The position numbers and the translations under genes are program-made. 64,000 nt of DNA from Felis catus. Its lineage: Eukaryota. Below the pieces are notes generated by a model. It did not search any database. It was not told where the DNA came from and worked only from the letters and a program-made list of their open reading frames with translations. Positions 62,615 through 64,000 of this stretch are shown piece by piece. The number at the start of each line of letters is the position of its first letter. Position 1 is the stretch's first letter. Location: NCBI RefSeq assembly GCF_018350175.1, contig NC_058368.1:5704001-5768000 (forward strand). The letters run 5' to 3'.

Positions 62615-64000
62615 GCGTGTGTGTGTTTTGTTTGGGCTTTTGGTTTTTTATTTTATTTTTTACATTAAAATGCAGTTCAGATTTTCTGAGATTTTAGTAT
62701 ATTTTCCAATTCTTTTGAAAATGGGACTAAGCAGTCTTTGCAAGTATGAGACATGCACACAGAAGAAACCGTGAGATGGAATACCTTTCTGTTCTCTTAT
62801 GCGGTTACGCCGTCTGGTAGCCAAATGACTAAATTGGGCTTCGAGGAGGAACAGCTGTCACTGTGTGCAGTGTGTAGTATTTAGCCGCGGCCAGCTCGGG
62901 GGCTGTGTCATTTGTCCCGTCTTCAAAATCGAGGTCAGACTGTCACGCACAGCCCCTCCCCAGGGAGCAGGGTGGACTGGAGCAAGCTGCATACTCTGGC
63001 TGTCAGCTCAGTGGCGATGCCACATGGGACTTGTCACTCTGCCACATGGTAAGTGACATACAGGCTGGCAGGTCATACTTGGTCAGCACTACGGGGCCTG
63101 TTCCCGATTGGGCTAAAGTAGTAGCATCCACTGAGGCCCAGCCTCGGTCTGGGGTTATGCACAGACCGCCGACTCTTAAATTTGAGTCCACGTTCCATTC
63201 TGGCTGACTCCACAGAAAGAAAAGACTGGCCATTCTATGCACTGAGTTTTGAGTTCCACTGCACACTCGCACGGGCCAGCAAGGGAGGCTGTGGCAAGTG
63301 CACATTAAGCGGGCAGGATAGGAGAACAGAATAAGCCAGCCATTTCTGCTTGGCTGTCTGGATTAGCACTTGGTTGCTGATCAGAATGGGCTTCGTCATC
63401 ATTTGGGGATGTGGCTGACGTGTCCATCCTGTCTCTGAGCAAACTGTTCAGGGCTTCTCGACCAGCGTTATATTCTCCCATCTCCCCAAAATGTGATCAT
63501 CTCGGGGGGGAATCGTAGAGCATACAAAACCCGTGCTTTAGAGAAAGGAGGTGCTGTTGCTTTAACATTCGCGGAGTAACATCCTCAAACGTGAACCTGA
63601 GTTTTGGCAGAGCATGGCTGGGAACTCTGTTGACGTTTCCTTTTCCCTGACAAGGCTTCAGGTCTTGCTGTAGGGAGCTGGCAGTGGAAATCAGTGATAA
63701 CTTGTCAAGAAGCGGTGAATAATGAAAAAAAAAGTGAGTATGAGCAACAAATGTCTGAAAATGCATATAGATGTACATATGACAGGCGCTAAGACTGAAT
63801 TTTTTTAAAGAAAACTATCGTCTGTAATCTCCATTTGTTACAACAATGACCCTTTATCTCCTTTTTTGAAGAGAATCTTCTATCATATTTCTGTTCCTAG
63901 GAGTTTCTGTCTTAGACCACAAGTTGGGTAGAATGTTTGCAAAATTCTGCTATAGGATGAGGTAGCCTTTCACCCTGACCATGTGAAGGAAGTGCACACG
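60330..64000 (+). other. ATP8A2: ATP8A2 3' UTR (end uncertain; may run past the window)
   Basis: Follows the stop codon and has no recognisable interspersed repeats, unlike the introns. Candidate poly(A) hexamers: AATAAA 61892-61897 and 62041-62046, ATTAAA 62664-62669. Confidence 0.7.
62575..62626. repeat. (GT)n microsatellite in the putative 3' UTR
   Basis: Seen directly. Confidence 0.95.

Overview
Eukaryotic (mammalian) genomic DNA, almost certainly a felid: it carries 18 tRNA-derived carnivore CanSINEs, several of the felid SINEC_Fc type. The window holds the last four coding exons (10387-10475, 16501-16605, 54150-54241, 60232-60329; + strand) and the start of the 3' UTR of ATP8A2, a P4-ATPase phosphatidylserine flippase. 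The spliced exons give 384 nt = 127 aa + stop, [127 protein letters not shown], with GT-AG boundaries and consistent phases. The rest is intron filled with repeats: a near-full-length Tigger1, a MER47-type element, L1, L2, MIR, MaLR and ERV1 solo LTRs, and microsatellites. Nearly all ORFs in the supplied track are spurious. I found no evidence of a novel multi-gene system. The most unusual signal is a set of local clusters of A/T-to-G/C substitutions inside old repeats, consistent with fossil GC-biased gene-conversion hotspots; one has an internal control in a duplicated target site. There are also several testable splicing and polyadenylation hypotheses affecting the regulatory C-terminal tail of ATP8A2. 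Repeat subfamily names and consensus or orthologue comparisons are from memory and need RepeatMasker/BLAST confirmation.
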